From: Sedimentisphaerales bacterium
GTDB taxonomy: Bacteria; Planctomycetota; Phycisphaerae; Sedimentisphaerales; SM23-30
DNA length: 64,000 nucleotides
NCBI GenBank assembly: GCA_963666285.1
Contig: OY762711.1
Reading direction: 5' to 3' (one strand)
In this document: piece by piece, positions 19,915 through 30,457 of the stretch
Position numbering within the stretch: position 1 is the first letter of the stretch
How the letters are laid out: every line of letters begins with the position of its first letter
Notes under the pieces: model-generated
Told to the model about the DNA's origin: nothing
The model's input: only the letters and a program-made list of their open reading frames with translations
Databases searched by the model: none
Made by a program: the position numbers and the translations under genes

Positions 19915-21291
19915 GTGAAAAATTGTATTGCATTGTTATTGGTTTTGTGTGCTTTTGCTTCTTTTACCTGGGCCAAAGAATATTCTTATGCCGTTGTCGT
20001 TAGCGAATCGACATATTCAGACCCGCAATGGCAGGAAGTAGTTGAGGCTCTAAAGGTCAAACATGACGCTGTTGTTATCCGATATGCTGGTGATATAGCC
20101 GATACCATCAGGGATTTAGCAGTTGTCTTTCCAGCTTATACCTGTTTTGTCTGTACTCCTGAGGAGGCAGGCAGGGATTTTGTCGCTGCCGTTCATGTAC
20201 TCACTCGCAAGCTGGATTCCGATCCATACGGCGATACTATCTGGGGTATTATTACCGGTTACGAAGCGGCAGATGCCTTAAGGATTGCTAAATATGATAC
20301 CCCGCTCATTGTCAGGCGGGCCCTGAACCCGACTGTTGGTGCCCAGCTGGATTGTTACGATGAAGGTATTATGTTCAGCGAACTTAAAGCTAATATCATG
20401 TGGCAGAAACAGCCTGGCGGCGAACAGATTCCGCATTGGTGTCCGACCGATACATCTCGTATTGTTGCCGATGCACTTATGGAATATCAGCCGGATATTT
20501 TCATTACCAGCGGTCATGCCACTGAGCGTAACTGGATGATCGGCTACTCCTATCCAAACGGTTTTTTCCTTTGCGACAATGGTCAGTGGTATGCCCGTGA
20601 TACTAAGAAAAACCGGTTTGATATTAACTCACCAAATCCAAAAGTCTTTATGGGTGTCGGCAACTGTCTCATTGGCCATATTCCCGACCGAAACTGTATG
20701 GCTCTTGCTATGATGCATTCCGGTGGTTTTTATCAATTTATTGGATATACCGTTCCGACCGGTTACGGCTATGGCGGCTGGGGTGTTAAGGATTACTTCT
20801 CAGAGCTCCAGGCAGGGCGGTTTACTCTTGCCCAGGCAAACTATGCCAATAACCAGGCACTTATATTCGAGCTGGAACGCCGCGGGCAGAACACTCCCGG
20901 TCCTGCACAAGGCGGCCTGCGGGGTGATCGCGATGTAGTTGTAATGTACGGCGACCCGGCATGGCAGGCTCAGATGGCCAAACGTACTTTGCCATGGTCC
21001 CAGCAGCTTACCGAAACTGATGGTGTTTATACTTTTACCATTACTGCCAACCAGCGGGGCGACTGGGATAATCGCCCTGTAATGCACCTTTTTGCCCATC
21101 GCCTGAAAGATATCAAACTTTTAGAAGGCTCCGAATTAAGTCCTGTCATAACTGATAATTTCATTCTTGTTCCGCTTAATAAGGGGCTTCTGCCAATGAA
21201 AGGCAACCGGGGTGAAGTTATCCCTATCTCCGGCGATTATAATCAAGGCGATATTTTCAAAATTGTCTTTGTGGCCAAAAAAGAAAAATAG
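19915..21291 (+). CDS. Secreted protein, possible clan CD (gingipain/C25-like) cysteine peptidase
   Basis: Signal peptide; FITSGHA and FMGVGNC as a His/Cys dyad; VVMYGDPA. Confidence 0.5.
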   Translation: MKNCIALLLVLCAFASFTWAKEYSYAVVVSESTYSDPQWQEVVEALKVKHDAVVIRYAGDIADTIRDLAVVFPAYTCFVCTPEEAGRDFVAAVHVLTRKLDSDPYGDTIWGIITGYEAADALRIAKYDTPLIVRRALNPTVGAQLDCYDEGIMFSELKANIMWQKQPGGEQIPHWCPTDTSRIVADALMEYQPDIFITSGHATERNWMIGYSYPNGFFLCDNGQWYARDTKKNRFDINSPNPKVFMGVGNCLIGHIPDRNCMALAMMHSGGFYQFIGYTVPTGYGYGGWGVKDYFSELQAGRFTLAQANYANNQALIFELERRGQNTPGPAQGGLRGDRDVVVMYGDPAWQAQMAKRTLPWSQQLTETDGVYTFTITANQRGDWDNRPVMHLFAHRLKDIKLLEGSELSPVITDNFILVPLNKGLLPMKGNRGEVIPISGDYNQGDIFKIVFVAKKEK

Positions 21292-21368
21292 TTTTCTGTT
21301 TTTGGTCATTTCAAATACTCTTTGAAGATGATATTACTTCAAGCATATACATATCCTCCTCGTTAAAA

Positions 21369-21529
21369 TTAGAGCACTTTAATATTTTCTGTTCCGATTT
21401 ATGCCTCTGTGAGGACGAGGCTGATGAAGAAGAAAACACAGGAATATTGATATATTACGAGTATTTCTGATGAAGTCAGCCGAAGCCGCAACAGGCAAAA
21501 AGCGAACACGAAAAATTAAATTGCTCTAA
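21369..21529. mobile_element. MITE-like 161-bp imperfect palindromic element
   Basis: Ends TTAGAGCACTTTAATATTTTC... and ...GAAAAATTAAATTGCTCTAA are inverted repeats; nested GGCTGA/TCAGCC; no ORF. Confidence 0.7.
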
Positions 21530-21801
21530 AAGTGCATATATATAAGTTTTTTATATGCATTGCAGGAGAAACCTCTATATTCGCGTCCCATAACCTGAAT
21601 TGGTTTATATATTAATAAGGCAGTCAGTGTTAAGAAATGCTGCAACTTTTGGAATCAGACTGTAATTACTTGTGGTTTGTATTCAATGAATATATGCAGA
21701 TTAGTTTCATATTCATTTTTTTATTATTAAGCGAGCATTTTCTGTCGAGATTTTCTTATGTAAATATTTTATATGAAAATGGATAAACGAGGATAACTGT
21801 T

Positions 21802-23742
21802 ATGGCAATAATATTTAAAAAGAACGTTAAAATACAATATCGTTTTATAGTGCCAATTACACTTTGCACTTTCGCTATTCTTGCAGCAGGTTTTTTATAT
21901 GTAGATAATCTGATTGAACATAATATTCAAAAGTCAATAGATGCCAATGTTAATCACATTAAATCATCTATATCAACATCACAAACTAACATCGAAGACT
22001 ACTGCCTTTCCCAGGCAGCATTGTTTACTAAAACCCCCGAGGTTCTACAGGCCTATGAAATCGCTCTCTCGGGTGATATCAATGATCCTGATGATGCCAG
22101 GGCCAAAGAAGCCAGAAATGTCTTAAAAAATTATTTTGATTCAATTGCTGCTTCTTTTACTGAAGTTACAGGTCAAAACAGGTACAGCTTACATTTCCAT
22201 TTACCTTCGGTCAGGAGCTTGTTGAGAGTGTGGAAAAGCTCGTCTCAGGAAGTGTCGGACGATATTTCGGGCTTCAGGGAGACGCTAAGAGATATCAGCA
22301 AAAATCATAAGGTTGTAAGGGGTATTGAAATTGGTCGGGGTGGTTTCGCTATTCGTGGTATTGCTCCTATTTTTGGCGATGCAGGAAAATATCTCGGGTC
22401 GGTGGAAATGCTGTCAAATTATACTCCCTTGGTGGTTTCTGCAAAAACCAAAGATACCGAGGAGCTGGCAATATTCATGAACTCATCGCAGCTTGATATT
22501 GCAACGAATCTGGCTGATCCTGCCAAAAACCCTGTTGTCGGTGACTTTGTTGTTATAACTTCAACCAATAAAGATCTGACTCTCAGCGTAACTAAAGGAG
22601 AGTTGCTTGATAAAGCACGCGAGACAACTGTTTCTGAGATAAATGGTAATTATTGCATTACTGCTTTCCCGGTATTGGATTTTTCCGGTAAACAAATTGG
22701 CTGTATTGCATATGTTCAGGATATTTCCGATTTACAGGCACAACTCGCCCGTAATAAGATCGCGATTCTGGCTGGTTCGGCCTTGTTCTTTATAGTTATG
22801 GTAACTATATTGTTGATTGCAACTTTTTCTGTTACAAAGCCGCTAAAAAATACTATTACCTGCGCAAATGAAATATCAATGAGAGTAAAGCTTTCTGCCG
22901 AACACGTATCCACTTCTTCGCAAAGTCTGGCGCAAAATGTAACTGAACAGGCAGCTTCCCTGGAAGAGGTTTCCTCTACCATGGAAGAGATGTCGTCTAT
23001 CATCAGTGAAAATGCTCAGAATGCTGCTAGTGCTGATTCCTTGTCAAGTCAGGCCAAAACCTGTACGGAAAATGGTATTGCGGCGATGCATAGAATGATT
23101 GACGCTATTTCCAAGATACAGAACTCGTCTGATGAAACTGCCAAAATTATTAAAACAATTGATGAAATAGCCTTCCAGACTAATCTGCTGGCGCTTAACG
23201 CTGCCGTCGAAGCTGCCAGGGCAGGAGAAGCCGGAAAAGGTTTTGCCGTTGTTGCCGAAGAGGTTAGAAATCTTGCTACCAGGTCCGCCCAGGCAGCGAA
23301 AAATACCGCTGACCTTATCGAAGAATCTTCCAAAAATACCGTCGCCGGGGTAAATACTGCCGATGAAGTTAAAGTTGTTTTTGAAGAAATCACCGCGATG
23401 GTTTCACAAACTTCTGATTATGTCGCCCAGATCGCTCAGTCTTCGCAGGAGAACTCAAAAGGGATCGTTCAGGTTAAGGAAGCTATTATCCAGATGGACC
23501 AGGCAACCCAGTCTAACTCTGCCGGAGCCGAAGAAAATGCTTCGATTGCTATGGAACTGACTAACGAAGCTGATGCTATGAAGCAGTTGGTAAATGGTTT
23601 GCGAGTACTTGTTGAAGGAAGATTAGATGGAAGCGAAGCTAATGCCAATACCATATTTACCAATTCTGATGAAACGGATGTATTTGGCCAGATATCAAAC
23701 TCCAGTTCGTGGGAATCCCAATCTGAAACCATTAAATCATAG
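21802..23742 (+). CDS. Methyl-accepting chemotaxis protein with periplasmic Cache-type sensor
   Basis: Two TMs; [37 protein letters not shown]. Confidence 0.95.
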   Translation: MAIIFKKNVKIQYRFIVPITLCTFAILAAGFLYVDNLIEHNIQKSIDANVNHIKSSISTSQTNIEDYCLSQAALFTKTPEVLQAYEIALSGDINDPDDARAKEARNVLKNYFDSIAASFTEVTGQNRYSLHFHLPSVRSLLRVWKSSSQEVSDDISGFRETLRDISKNHKVVRGIEIGRGGFAIRGIAPIFGDAGKYLGSVEMLSNYTPLVVSAKTKDTEELAIFMNSSQLDIATNLADPAKNPVVGDFVVITSTNKDLTLSVTKGELLDKARETTVSEINGNYCITAFPVLDFSGKQIGCIAYVQDISDLQAQLARNKIAILAGSALFFIVMVTILLIATFSVTKPLKNTITCANEISMRVKLSAEHVSTSSQSLAQNVTEQAASLEEVSSTMEEMSSIISENAQNAASADSLSSQAKTCTENGIAAMHRMIDAISKIQNSSDETAKIIKTIDEIAFQTNLLALNAAVEAARAGEAGKGFAVVAEEVRNLATRSAQAAKNTADLIEESSKNTVAGVNTADEVKVVFEEITAMVSQTSDYVAQIAQSSQENSKGIVQVKEAIIQMDQATQSNSAGAEENASIAMELTNEADAMKQLVNGLRVLVEGRLDGSEANANTIFTNSDETDVFGQISNSSSWESQSETIKS

Positions 23743-24136
23743 CATGGGAAGCGACAGATTAGGAAGTTATTATCTGAAATATTGTGAGATATAACAAGCT
23801 AAGTTTGAGCTGACAAAGTACAAGTGGTAGTGAGTCACTTTTAATAATTGTGCTAACTTGTCCATCTTAGGTGAATTTGTGGTTAGCTGGTTTTCGATGC
23901 AGATGATTTAACCTAATTGTGAGGCATAGCCAAACACTATCCCTTCTCCTACTGCAAGCTATTTCACATTTTTTGTGTATTTCATGGTAACTATCTCTTA
24001 TAATATTTAATTCAAACTAACTAGATATAAACTACCCAACTTAACGCGGAGCCAATAATTAAGAACGAGCGAAGCTGAATAAATTAGTTGTGAGCGTAAG
24101 CAAACACCTTCCCTTATACCTTGTCCGGTATGCCTT

Positions 24137-26239
24137 ATGCCTTTAATTTTTGCCCTGACAATTTTCACCGGCGCGTTCCTGCTCTTCCAGGTCCAGCCGA
24201 TCATAGGTAAATTTATTCTGCCATGGTACGGCGGCGGCCCGGCAGTATGGACTACCTGTATGCTCATATTCCAGCTTTTGCTTTTGGCCGGTTATGTTTA
24301 TGCTCATCTGCTGACAAAATATTTCAAACCGTCAAGACAGGCAATCATCCATTCATTATTTATTGTTGTCTCACTTTGCCTGCTGCCCATAACTCCTGCC
24401 GAGTCGCTTAAGCCCGGCATAAACACAGAACCAATCACCAGTATTTTAATCCTGCTCATTGCAACTGTAGGCATGCCGTATCTTATCCTGTCGGCTACCG
24501 GGCCGCTCTTGCAGGGCTGGTTTGCTCGCTGTCTGCCCGGCAAATCACCGTACCGGCTTTATGCTCTTTCTAATGTCGGTTCGATGCTTGCTCTTATCAG
24601 CTATCCGTTCCTGGTCGAACCTGCCGTTACCCGCACCCAGCAAACCCACATCTGGTCCTGGATTATGGCCGCTTTTGCTGTGATGAGTATCGCCTGTGCC
24701 TTCATTATGAAATTAAAGGGGACGGGCCCCATTTTTGCTCAATCAAATGAAATTCAATTAAAGGGGACAGACCCATTTAATTCTTACCAGGACAAAATCA
24801 CTCTTTCACGACGTTTCTTCTGGCTCGCATTTCCTGCAATAGCCTGCCTTGAGCTGCTCGCTATAACTGCTAAAATTACCCAGGACATTGCAGCTATCCC
24901 TTTCCTGTGGATACTGCCGCTGGCGATATATCTACTCACTTTTATTATATGTTTTGATAGTCATCGCTGGTACAAACACTCTATCTTTGTCCTGTTGTTT
25001 ATTTCTGCGATTGGCCTTACCGTCTGGCAGCGGCTCCAGCCGGACCGCTTCTCATTACCGCAGGAAATTGCTATTTACCTTGCTCTGCTGTTTACCTGTG
25101 CTATGGTCTGTCACGGTCAGTTGTATTACCTTAGGCCGGGCCACCATAAACTCACTAGTTATTATCTTATGATTGCGGCAGGTGGGGCACTCGGCGGTTT
25201 TATCGTTGCTGTCATTTGCCCGCTGATTTTCGATTCATACCTCGAACTCAACCTGGGCATTATTGCTTGCATTATGTTTACACTGCTCGCAGATATCCAT
25301 CGCAGACTGCCTCTGTCCAGGCGATTAATATGGGCGATGGCGATTATGATCGTTGGTATATGGTCTGTTTTATATCGAACTCCGGTTGACTCAGGTGGTA
25401 GGACCTCACTGTATCAGACCCGGAATTTCTTCGGTGTACTTACTGTTTGGACTGATGCCGCGGATTCTCCGCTTGACGCCCGCTACCTGCTCCAGCATGG
25501 TACAACGTTCCACGGCATACAGTTTCAGGACGCCGTGAAACGCCGTATACCCACCGCTTACTACGGCACCGAGGCAGGTGTTGGTATTGCCTTGGATGCT
25601 ATCTCGCACCATCGCCGTGGGATACCGTTTGCTATCGATGATACCGCTAGGGACCCTCTTCGCTTTGGCGTCGTTGGCCTTGGCGTAGGGACTATAGCCG
25701 CTTATGGCCTGCCCAGTGACTATTTCTGCTTCTATGAAATTGACCCTGCAGTTCTAAAAATCGCTGAAGATGACCGCTGGTTTTCATACCTTTCAGGCTG
25801 TCCATCTGACTATGAGGTGCTAATTGGTGATGCTAGACTTGTCATGGATACCCAACCGGATCAGGATTTCGACCTGCTTGTTATTGATGCTTTTTCCAGT
25901 GATTCAATACCGGTTCATTTGCTAACTGTCGAAGCTGTAAATGTTTATCTCAGACATCTTGATCAGGATGGTGTTTTAGCATTCCATCTTTCTAATCGAC
26001 ATCTGGATCTTCCATCTGTTGTCCTTCGTCTGGCTGAAGAACTGGGAATTAATGCTTGTCAGGTACATGATGATGGTGATGATGATATTGCAACTTTGGC
26101 TGCTACCTGGGTATTACTTTGCCGCAATGAAAATATTCTTAATACTCAAATGGTTGATAGCAAAGAAGATATGGTAAAGAAAAAAGAAGTTAGTCTGTGG
26201 ACTGATGATTTTGTTAATCTATTTGAAATACTAAAATAA
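24137..26239 (+). CDS. Multi-pass membrane protein fused to a spermidine-synthase-like SAM-binding domain
   Basis: FLLFQVQP, YRLYALSNVGS, RNFFG, HGTTFHG, VGLGVG, YEIDP, GDAR, DAFSSDSIPVHLLT, WTDD. Confidence 0.88.
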   Translation: MPLIFALTIFTGAFLLFQVQPIIGKFILPWYGGGPAVWTTCMLIFQLLLLAGYVYAHLLTKYFKPSRQAIIHSLFIVVSLCLLPITPAESLKPGINTEPITSILILLIATVGMPYLILSATGPLLQGWFARCLPGKSPYRLYALSNVGSMLALISYPFLVEPAVTRTQQTHIWSWIMAAFAVMSIACAFIMKLKGTGPIFAQSNEIQLKGTDPFNSYQDKITLSRRFFWLAFPAIACLELLAITAKITQDIAAIPFLWILPLAIYLLTFIICFDSHRWYKHSIFVLLFISAIGLTVWQRLQPDRFSLPQEIAIYLALLFTCAMVCHGQLYYLRPGHHKLTSYYLMIAAGGALGGFIVAVICPLIFDSYLELNLGIIACIMFTLLADIHRRLPLSRRLIWAMAIMIVGIWSVLYRTPVDSGGRTSLYQTRNFFGVLTVWTDAADSPLDARYLLQHGTTFHGIQFQDAVKRRIPTAYYGTEAGVGIALDAISHHRRGIPFAIDDTARDPLRFGVVGLGVGTIAAYGLPSDYFCFYEIDPAVLKIAEDDRWFSYLSGCPSDYEVLIGDARLVMDTQPDQDFDLLVIDAFSSDSIPVHLLTVEAVNVYLRHLDQDGVLAFHLSNRHLDLPSVVLRLAEELGINACQVHDDGDDDIATLAATWVLLCRNENILNTQMVDSKEDMVKKKEVSLWTDDFVNLFEILK
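24711..24782. repeat. Tandem pair of REP-like palindromes inside the CDS
   Basis: AATTAAAGGGGACGGGCCCCATTT (24711) and AATTAAAGGGGACAGACCCATTTAATT (24756), 45-nt period. Confidence 0.7.
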
Positions 26240-26274
26240 TACTATTATTAGTATTTGAGCTGTTTTTATTATAC

Positions 26275-26290
26275 TATTTTGCGCAAAATA
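26275..26290. promoter_or_regulatory. Perfect 16-bp palindrome upstream of the ECF sigma gene
   Basis: TATTTTGCGCAAAATA. Confidence 0.35.
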
Positions 26291-26387
26291 AAAATCATGC
26301 GGGAATAATACTGCATAATTTCATATATAAATATATGAAATAGTTGTGCTTGTATGCATTTCTTGTTTATATGTTAATTATTATATT

Positions 26388-26903
26388 ATGAGCGATAAGT
26401 CGAATATTTTCTTTAGTTTATATAACAGTGTCCATGGCAGAGTCTTTTCCTATCTGCTGACACTGGTGCATAATCGTGCCGCTGCTGAGGATATTTTGCA
26501 GGATACGGCATCATTTATGTGGGAAAATTTTGATAAATTTGAAGAGGGGACCAATTTTAATGCGTGGGCCATCCGAATCGCAAAAAATAAGGCGATGGAG
26601 TACTTACGTGATAACAATAAGACTAAAAAACTGCTTAGCGACCAGCTGTATCAATCTATTGCTGAAACCGCCGAACAGGAATCAAAAGAGTTTAATCGCC
26701 GGATCAATGCTTTAGATAAGTGTATGGAAAAGCTTAGTAGTAAGGATCAGACGCTGCTGCAGCTTCGGTATAGAAATAATGTTTCAATGAACGAAATTTC
26801 TGTCCGAACAGGTAGGTCCAGTAGTGCTCTTTATAGAAATATAACCAGGATCTATGAATCTTTGAGGATTTGTATTTCAAAAACTCTGGTTCAGGAATTG
26901 TAA
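26388..26903 (+). CDS. ECF sigma-70 factor
   Basis: AAEDILQDT..MWENFDKFEEGTNFNAWAIRIA (region 2); CMEKLS..LLQLRY..EIS (region 4). Confidence 0.92.
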   Translation: MSDKSNIFFSLYNSVHGRVFSYLLTLVHNRAAAEDILQDTASFMWENFDKFEEGTNFNAWAIRIAKNKAMEYLRDNNKTKKLLSDQLYQSIAETAEQESKEFNRRINALDKCMEKLSSKDQTLLQLRYRNNVSMNEISVRTGRSSSALYRNITRIYESLRICISKTLVQEL

Positions 26904-26977
26904 GATATGTACATTGCTAGTTGTAAGTATTTTATTTACAACTAGATAGTATTTAAGACTTTTGAAAGTTGATACTG

Positions 26978-28618
26978 ATGTCAGATTATGAACGAAAAGA
27001 TGATTTAGCCCCATTATTCCTTAAGCTGATTGAAAATAACATTTCAGATCAGGAACTGGAATTGCTGGAGCAGATATTGTCAGAAAACCCTGAGTATGTC
27101 CGGGAATATTGCCAGTTTGCTGCGACATATTCGGCTGTTCAGGTCAAGTTCGGTGCTGATATTACCCAGCCTGACAGACTGGATTGGAAACTGATTTCAG
27201 AACTGGCAGAATATGAAGTATCTGCACCGGAAGTGGTTATTGAAAAACCAGTTATAGAAAATAATATTCACGAGAAAGCTAGTGTGGATTTCTATTCCAA
27301 GCATCGCAGGCTTCGTTTTTGGTATTATTCTATTTTTACCACAGCTGCCTCGATATTGATCTTTTTTGTAATCTATGCAAATGTTTTTCCTCCTCAGTTG
27401 TCCGAGCCGGTTGCTACCTTAGTTGATCAGATAAATGTCAAATGGCATCAGGAATCTGAGCGATTATTGACCAATGACCGTCTTTTGACACATCAGGCTC
27501 CGTATTTCATTGATAACGGGATATTGAGCATTCGATACGATAATGGTGTTGACGTTGTGATTGAAGGGCCGGCCAAATTTGAGATTGATAGAGATGGTAT
27601 ATTTCTTAATCATGGCAAATTATATTCACATGTTTCTCCGACAGGTACTGGCTTTGCAGTGGACACACCAAACTCAAGATTTATTGATCTTGGCACTGAA
27701 TTTGGTGTGGAAGTTGACGTGAAAGGATCCTCTGAACTTCACGTTATGGATGGTGAAGTGCAGCTTTATGCCGGAAGAACTGGCGGTAAGCGTTCCAGCA
27801 AAAAGGTTTTCCAGGGCAATGCTTATAAATTCGATGCTGAGCATGGCAACCTGGAAACAATTCCTATGAAGGATAACCAGTTTGTACGATTTGTGAATTC
27901 TAAATCAAATGATATTTGGCGAGGTGAGAAACTTTCTCTTGCCGACCTCGTTGCCGGTGGTAATGGCTTTGGGACTGGTAAGCCCAATATCTGTATACAT
28001 CCTTTAACAGGAAAATTCACTTTTTTTAAGGATGCTTCCACTTCTGAAAGACTAATATCTGTTGATCTTAAACCTGTTTTAGAATCAGAATTTGTAGATT
28101 CAATTTTCGTGCCTGACGGTAACGAAAATGAACCGGTTGTAATCAGCTCAAATGGTGTTACCTATTCCGGTTTTCCAGATACCAGGGGCAAGTTCTTTTC
28201 TTATCTTAAGGCCAATCCATATTATTTAGGTGAAGGCGGGGACGGATATTATGACAAATATGATCCTTCTTCTGAAAATGTAGCAATATACATGCATTCT
28301 AACCTTGGTGTTACCTTTGACCTTGCAAAGATACGCAATAATTTTGGCAATAATATCAAGATACCATCATTCAATTTTGAATATGGTTTCAGAAATGAGT
28401 CAAATAAGAAAAATGGTAAGATAGATTTCTGGGTATTTGTTGATGGTGAATTAAAATTCAGTGCCAGACAAGTTGAGCATTTTATAATGCCAAAAGCTGC
28501 CCAGCTATCTTTAGCCGATGATGCCAGTTTTTTGACACTGTCAATTACGGAATCTGATGACGGTGGTGGAAGAGATTGGGGAGCATTTATCAATCCGGAA
28601 TTAACTATAGAAAAATAA
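26978..28618 (+). CDS. FecR-like anti-sigma factor with extracytoplasmic C-terminal domain (NPCBM-like)
   Basis: Single TM; IEGPAKF, GFAVDTP..FIDLGTEFGVEV..SELHVMDGEV; C-terminal FWVFVDG, FLTLSITE, DWGAFINPEL. Confidence 0.85.
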   Translation: MSDYERKDDLAPLFLKLIENNISDQELELLEQILSENPEYVREYCQFAATYSAVQVKFGADITQPDRLDWKLISELAEYEVSAPEVVIEKPVIENNIHEKASVDFYSKHRRLRFWYYSIFTTAASILIFFVIYANVFPPQLSEPVATLVDQINVKWHQESERLLTNDRLLTHQAPYFIDNGILSIRYDNGVDVVIEGPAKFEIDRDGIFLNHGKLYSHVSPTGTGFAVDTPNSRFIDLGTEFGVEVDVKGSSELHVMDGEVQLYAGRTGGKRSSKKVFQGNAYKFDAEHGNLETIPMKDNQFVRFVNSKSNDIWRGEKLSLADLVAGGNGFGTGKPNICIHPLTGKFTFFKDASTSERLISVDLKPVLESEFVDSIFVPDGNENEPVVISSNGVTYSGFPDTRGKFFSYLKANPYYLGEGGDGYYDKYDPSSENVAIYMHSNLGVTFDLAKIRNNFGNNIKIPSFNFEYGFRNESNKKNGKIDFWVFVDGELKFSARQVEHFIMPKAAQLSLADDASFLTLSITESDDGGGRDWGAFINPELTIEK

Positions 28619-28671
28619 TATTTCTATACTGACATATAGTTTAATGAAACAATATTTGTTTTCGAAAATAT

Positions 28672-28697
28672 GGGCAGAGCTGTAAAAAGCTCTGCCC
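28672..28697. terminator. Hairpin between convergent genes (probable terminator)
   Basis: GGGCAGAGCT-GTAAAA-AGCTCTGCCC perfect 10-bp stem. Confidence 0.65.
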
Positions 28698-28706
28698 GTT
28701 CTTCTA

Positions 28707-29369
28707 CTACCTCCTTCTAATAAACATACCCATTGCAGCAATTATTAATGTGGCCGATGTCGGTTCCGGCACAACCTGAAAAGTAAATGTTGCTATACTT
28801 GAATCTATTCCACCGGCAGTTAGTTCTGCGGAGGCTTCAAACTGTAGTTCGTAGGTGCCAGGTGCGGTGAAACCCCAGTTATAGTGAGCATGGCCAAGTG
28901 ATAGCAAAATTGAGTCGGAGTCAGATATTCCGTCTTCTGTTGACATGTATATTGTTTTGGTGCCAAAAGCATCTTCCTGCCACAGAGAGAAATTACCAGT
29001 TCCGGATGTAGTTGTAATACCGATCAAAGTGAATTTAATAGTATCATTTACAAATAATCCTTCTTCAGCTTCGCCTGTGCCAATGCCCAGGAACGGGAGG
29101 TCATGGTTATGGCTTTGCGGCAGAGCCCACATTTCACCATTATAGGCAGCTTCCGGGACTGATATTGTGATATCGCCGGGTTCATACTCTGCTTCAACGT
29201 CATCGATTCCGTCTATAGTTGCCCCCTCTGCATGAAAGTGCAGTTCGAGGCCATCTTCTCCGGCCATCCCTATGTCAGCGTGACCTCCGGTAAACATTGC
29301 TGAAGCGTATATCGAGTTCGCGGCTAAAGTTAATACGGTAATTGCAAATAGTTTAGTTATAATTCTCAT
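28707..29369 (-). CDS. PEP-CTERM protein with TIGR03769 (choice-of-anchor M)-like His-rich domain
   Basis: Signal peptide; GHADIG, LELHFH, WALPQSHNHDLPFLG, GHAHYNWGFTAPGTYEL; C-terminal VPEP-TM-RRR. Confidence 0.85.
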   Translation of the reverse strand: MRIITKLFAITVLTLAANSIYASAMFTGGHADIGMAGEDGLELHFHAEGATIDGIDDVEAEYEPGDITISVPEAAYNGEMWALPQSHNHDLPFLGIGTGEAEEGLFVNDTIKFTLIGITTTSGTGNFSLWQEDAFGTKTIYMSTEDGISDSDSILLSLGHAHYNWGFTAPGTYELQFEASAELTAGGIDSSIATFTFQVVPEPTSATLIIAAMGMFIRRR

Positions 29370-29491
29370 TTTTTAATCCTTTATAAATTAAATTGATATT
29401 GTTTATGTAAAAAAATTACTCGGTTACTGTTTGGAAATATTCATCTTTATTTTGCTAAATTTAAGTTACATTTTCATTTATTCTGTTGAGT

Positions 29492-30442
29492 TTATTCGCA
29501 TCCAGGATAACCGCAAAGCAGCCATTCTCCGGCAGTTATCTGCAGTTCATTAATATCTATTGTGTTTTTGTCATCCTGATAAATGTCAGCTATTCCACAT
29601 TCTGATTCAGAGACGCAGTTGCTTTCCAGCCAGTATTCAGCAAGTAACGCCAGGTCGAAAAGATCAACTTTGCAGTCTCCGCTAAAGGGTTCGTTATTGA
29701 TAGGCCAGATATCAGCGAAAAGGGTTTCCTGGCAGTTATAAACTGTCGCAATCTCAAAATCGATCTCGTAGTATCCCGGTTTGCTAAAACCCCAGTTTAG
29801 ATGTCTGTGCCCGCCTGCTGATATATAATACGTATCGTCACTGGTTATACCGTCGCTATATGATGACATAAATACTGTTGTTGGCCCTGTCTGCCATACT
29901 GAAAACTGGCCACCTTCCGGCCCGCGAACATCTTTCAAGGTTACTCTGAACCATTGGTCGCCGGTGTCAGCGTTTTTATCCGGATCGTTCGGGTTCCAGT
30001 CGCACAAGTTGTATGTATCAGAGTCGTGAGCAGCAAAACCGAGTGGTAGTTCACCGTTATTGGCATTTTGCGGCAAAATCCACAATTCTCCGCCAGCACC
30101 AACTCCTGTGAATTCAAAGCCGCCCGGTATTGAGTTGTAATAAGTATTACTATTACCGTATAGCAGTCCATCTTCAAGCTCGACACGTTGTCCTTCCTGG
30201 CCGCTTCCCGGTGAATCATAAGATAAATGCGGGTCCCAACCGGATGATTTGAATGATACTTCAACGTCTGTGTGGTAGGTATCGATTATCGTAAAATTAT
30301 TTGGATCAAAATTGTTGGGCTCTGAGTTTGAACCCTCTAAATAGAAATGCAGAGTTATTCCCTTTGTCAGCATACTGCAGTTATTATCTGCATAACAGTT
30401 TAGCGACATCAATGCGGCTATTATAATTATCATGTACTTCAT
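29492..30442 (-). CDS. Secreted TIGR03769-like domain protein with dockerin-like C-terminus
   Basis: HTD, WILPQN..LPLGF, GPEGGQFSVW, GGHRHLNWGFSKPGYYEI; GDCKVDLFDLALLAEYWL and ADI...IDINEL...WL. Confidence 0.8.
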   Translation of the reverse strand: MKYMIIIIAALMSLNCYADNNCSMLTKGITLHFYLEGSNSEPNNFDPNNFTIIDTYHTDVEVSFKSSGWDPHLSYDSPGSGQEGQRVELEDGLLYGNSNTYYNSIPGGFEFTGVGAGGELWILPQNANNGELPLGFAAHDSDTYNLCDWNPNDPDKNADTGDQWFRVTLKDVRGPEGGQFSVWQTGPTTVFMSSYSDGITSDDTYYISAGGHRHLNWGFSKPGYYEIDFEIATVYNCQETLFADIWPINNEPFSGDCKVDLFDLALLAEYWLESNCVSESECGIADIYQDDKNTIDINELQITAGEWLLCGYPGCE

Positions 30443-30457
30443 TTCTTATCCTTTACG

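Noticed and set aside
21421..21490. Two CTGATGA motifs suggesting a hammerhead ribozyme
   Set aside because: No stem II followed by GAAA and no stem I/III arrangement; better explained as part of the palindromic element
26300..26330. CGGGAATA shared with position ~499 as an ECF -35 element
   Set aside because: The downstream -10 regions do not match; two short hits are insufficient
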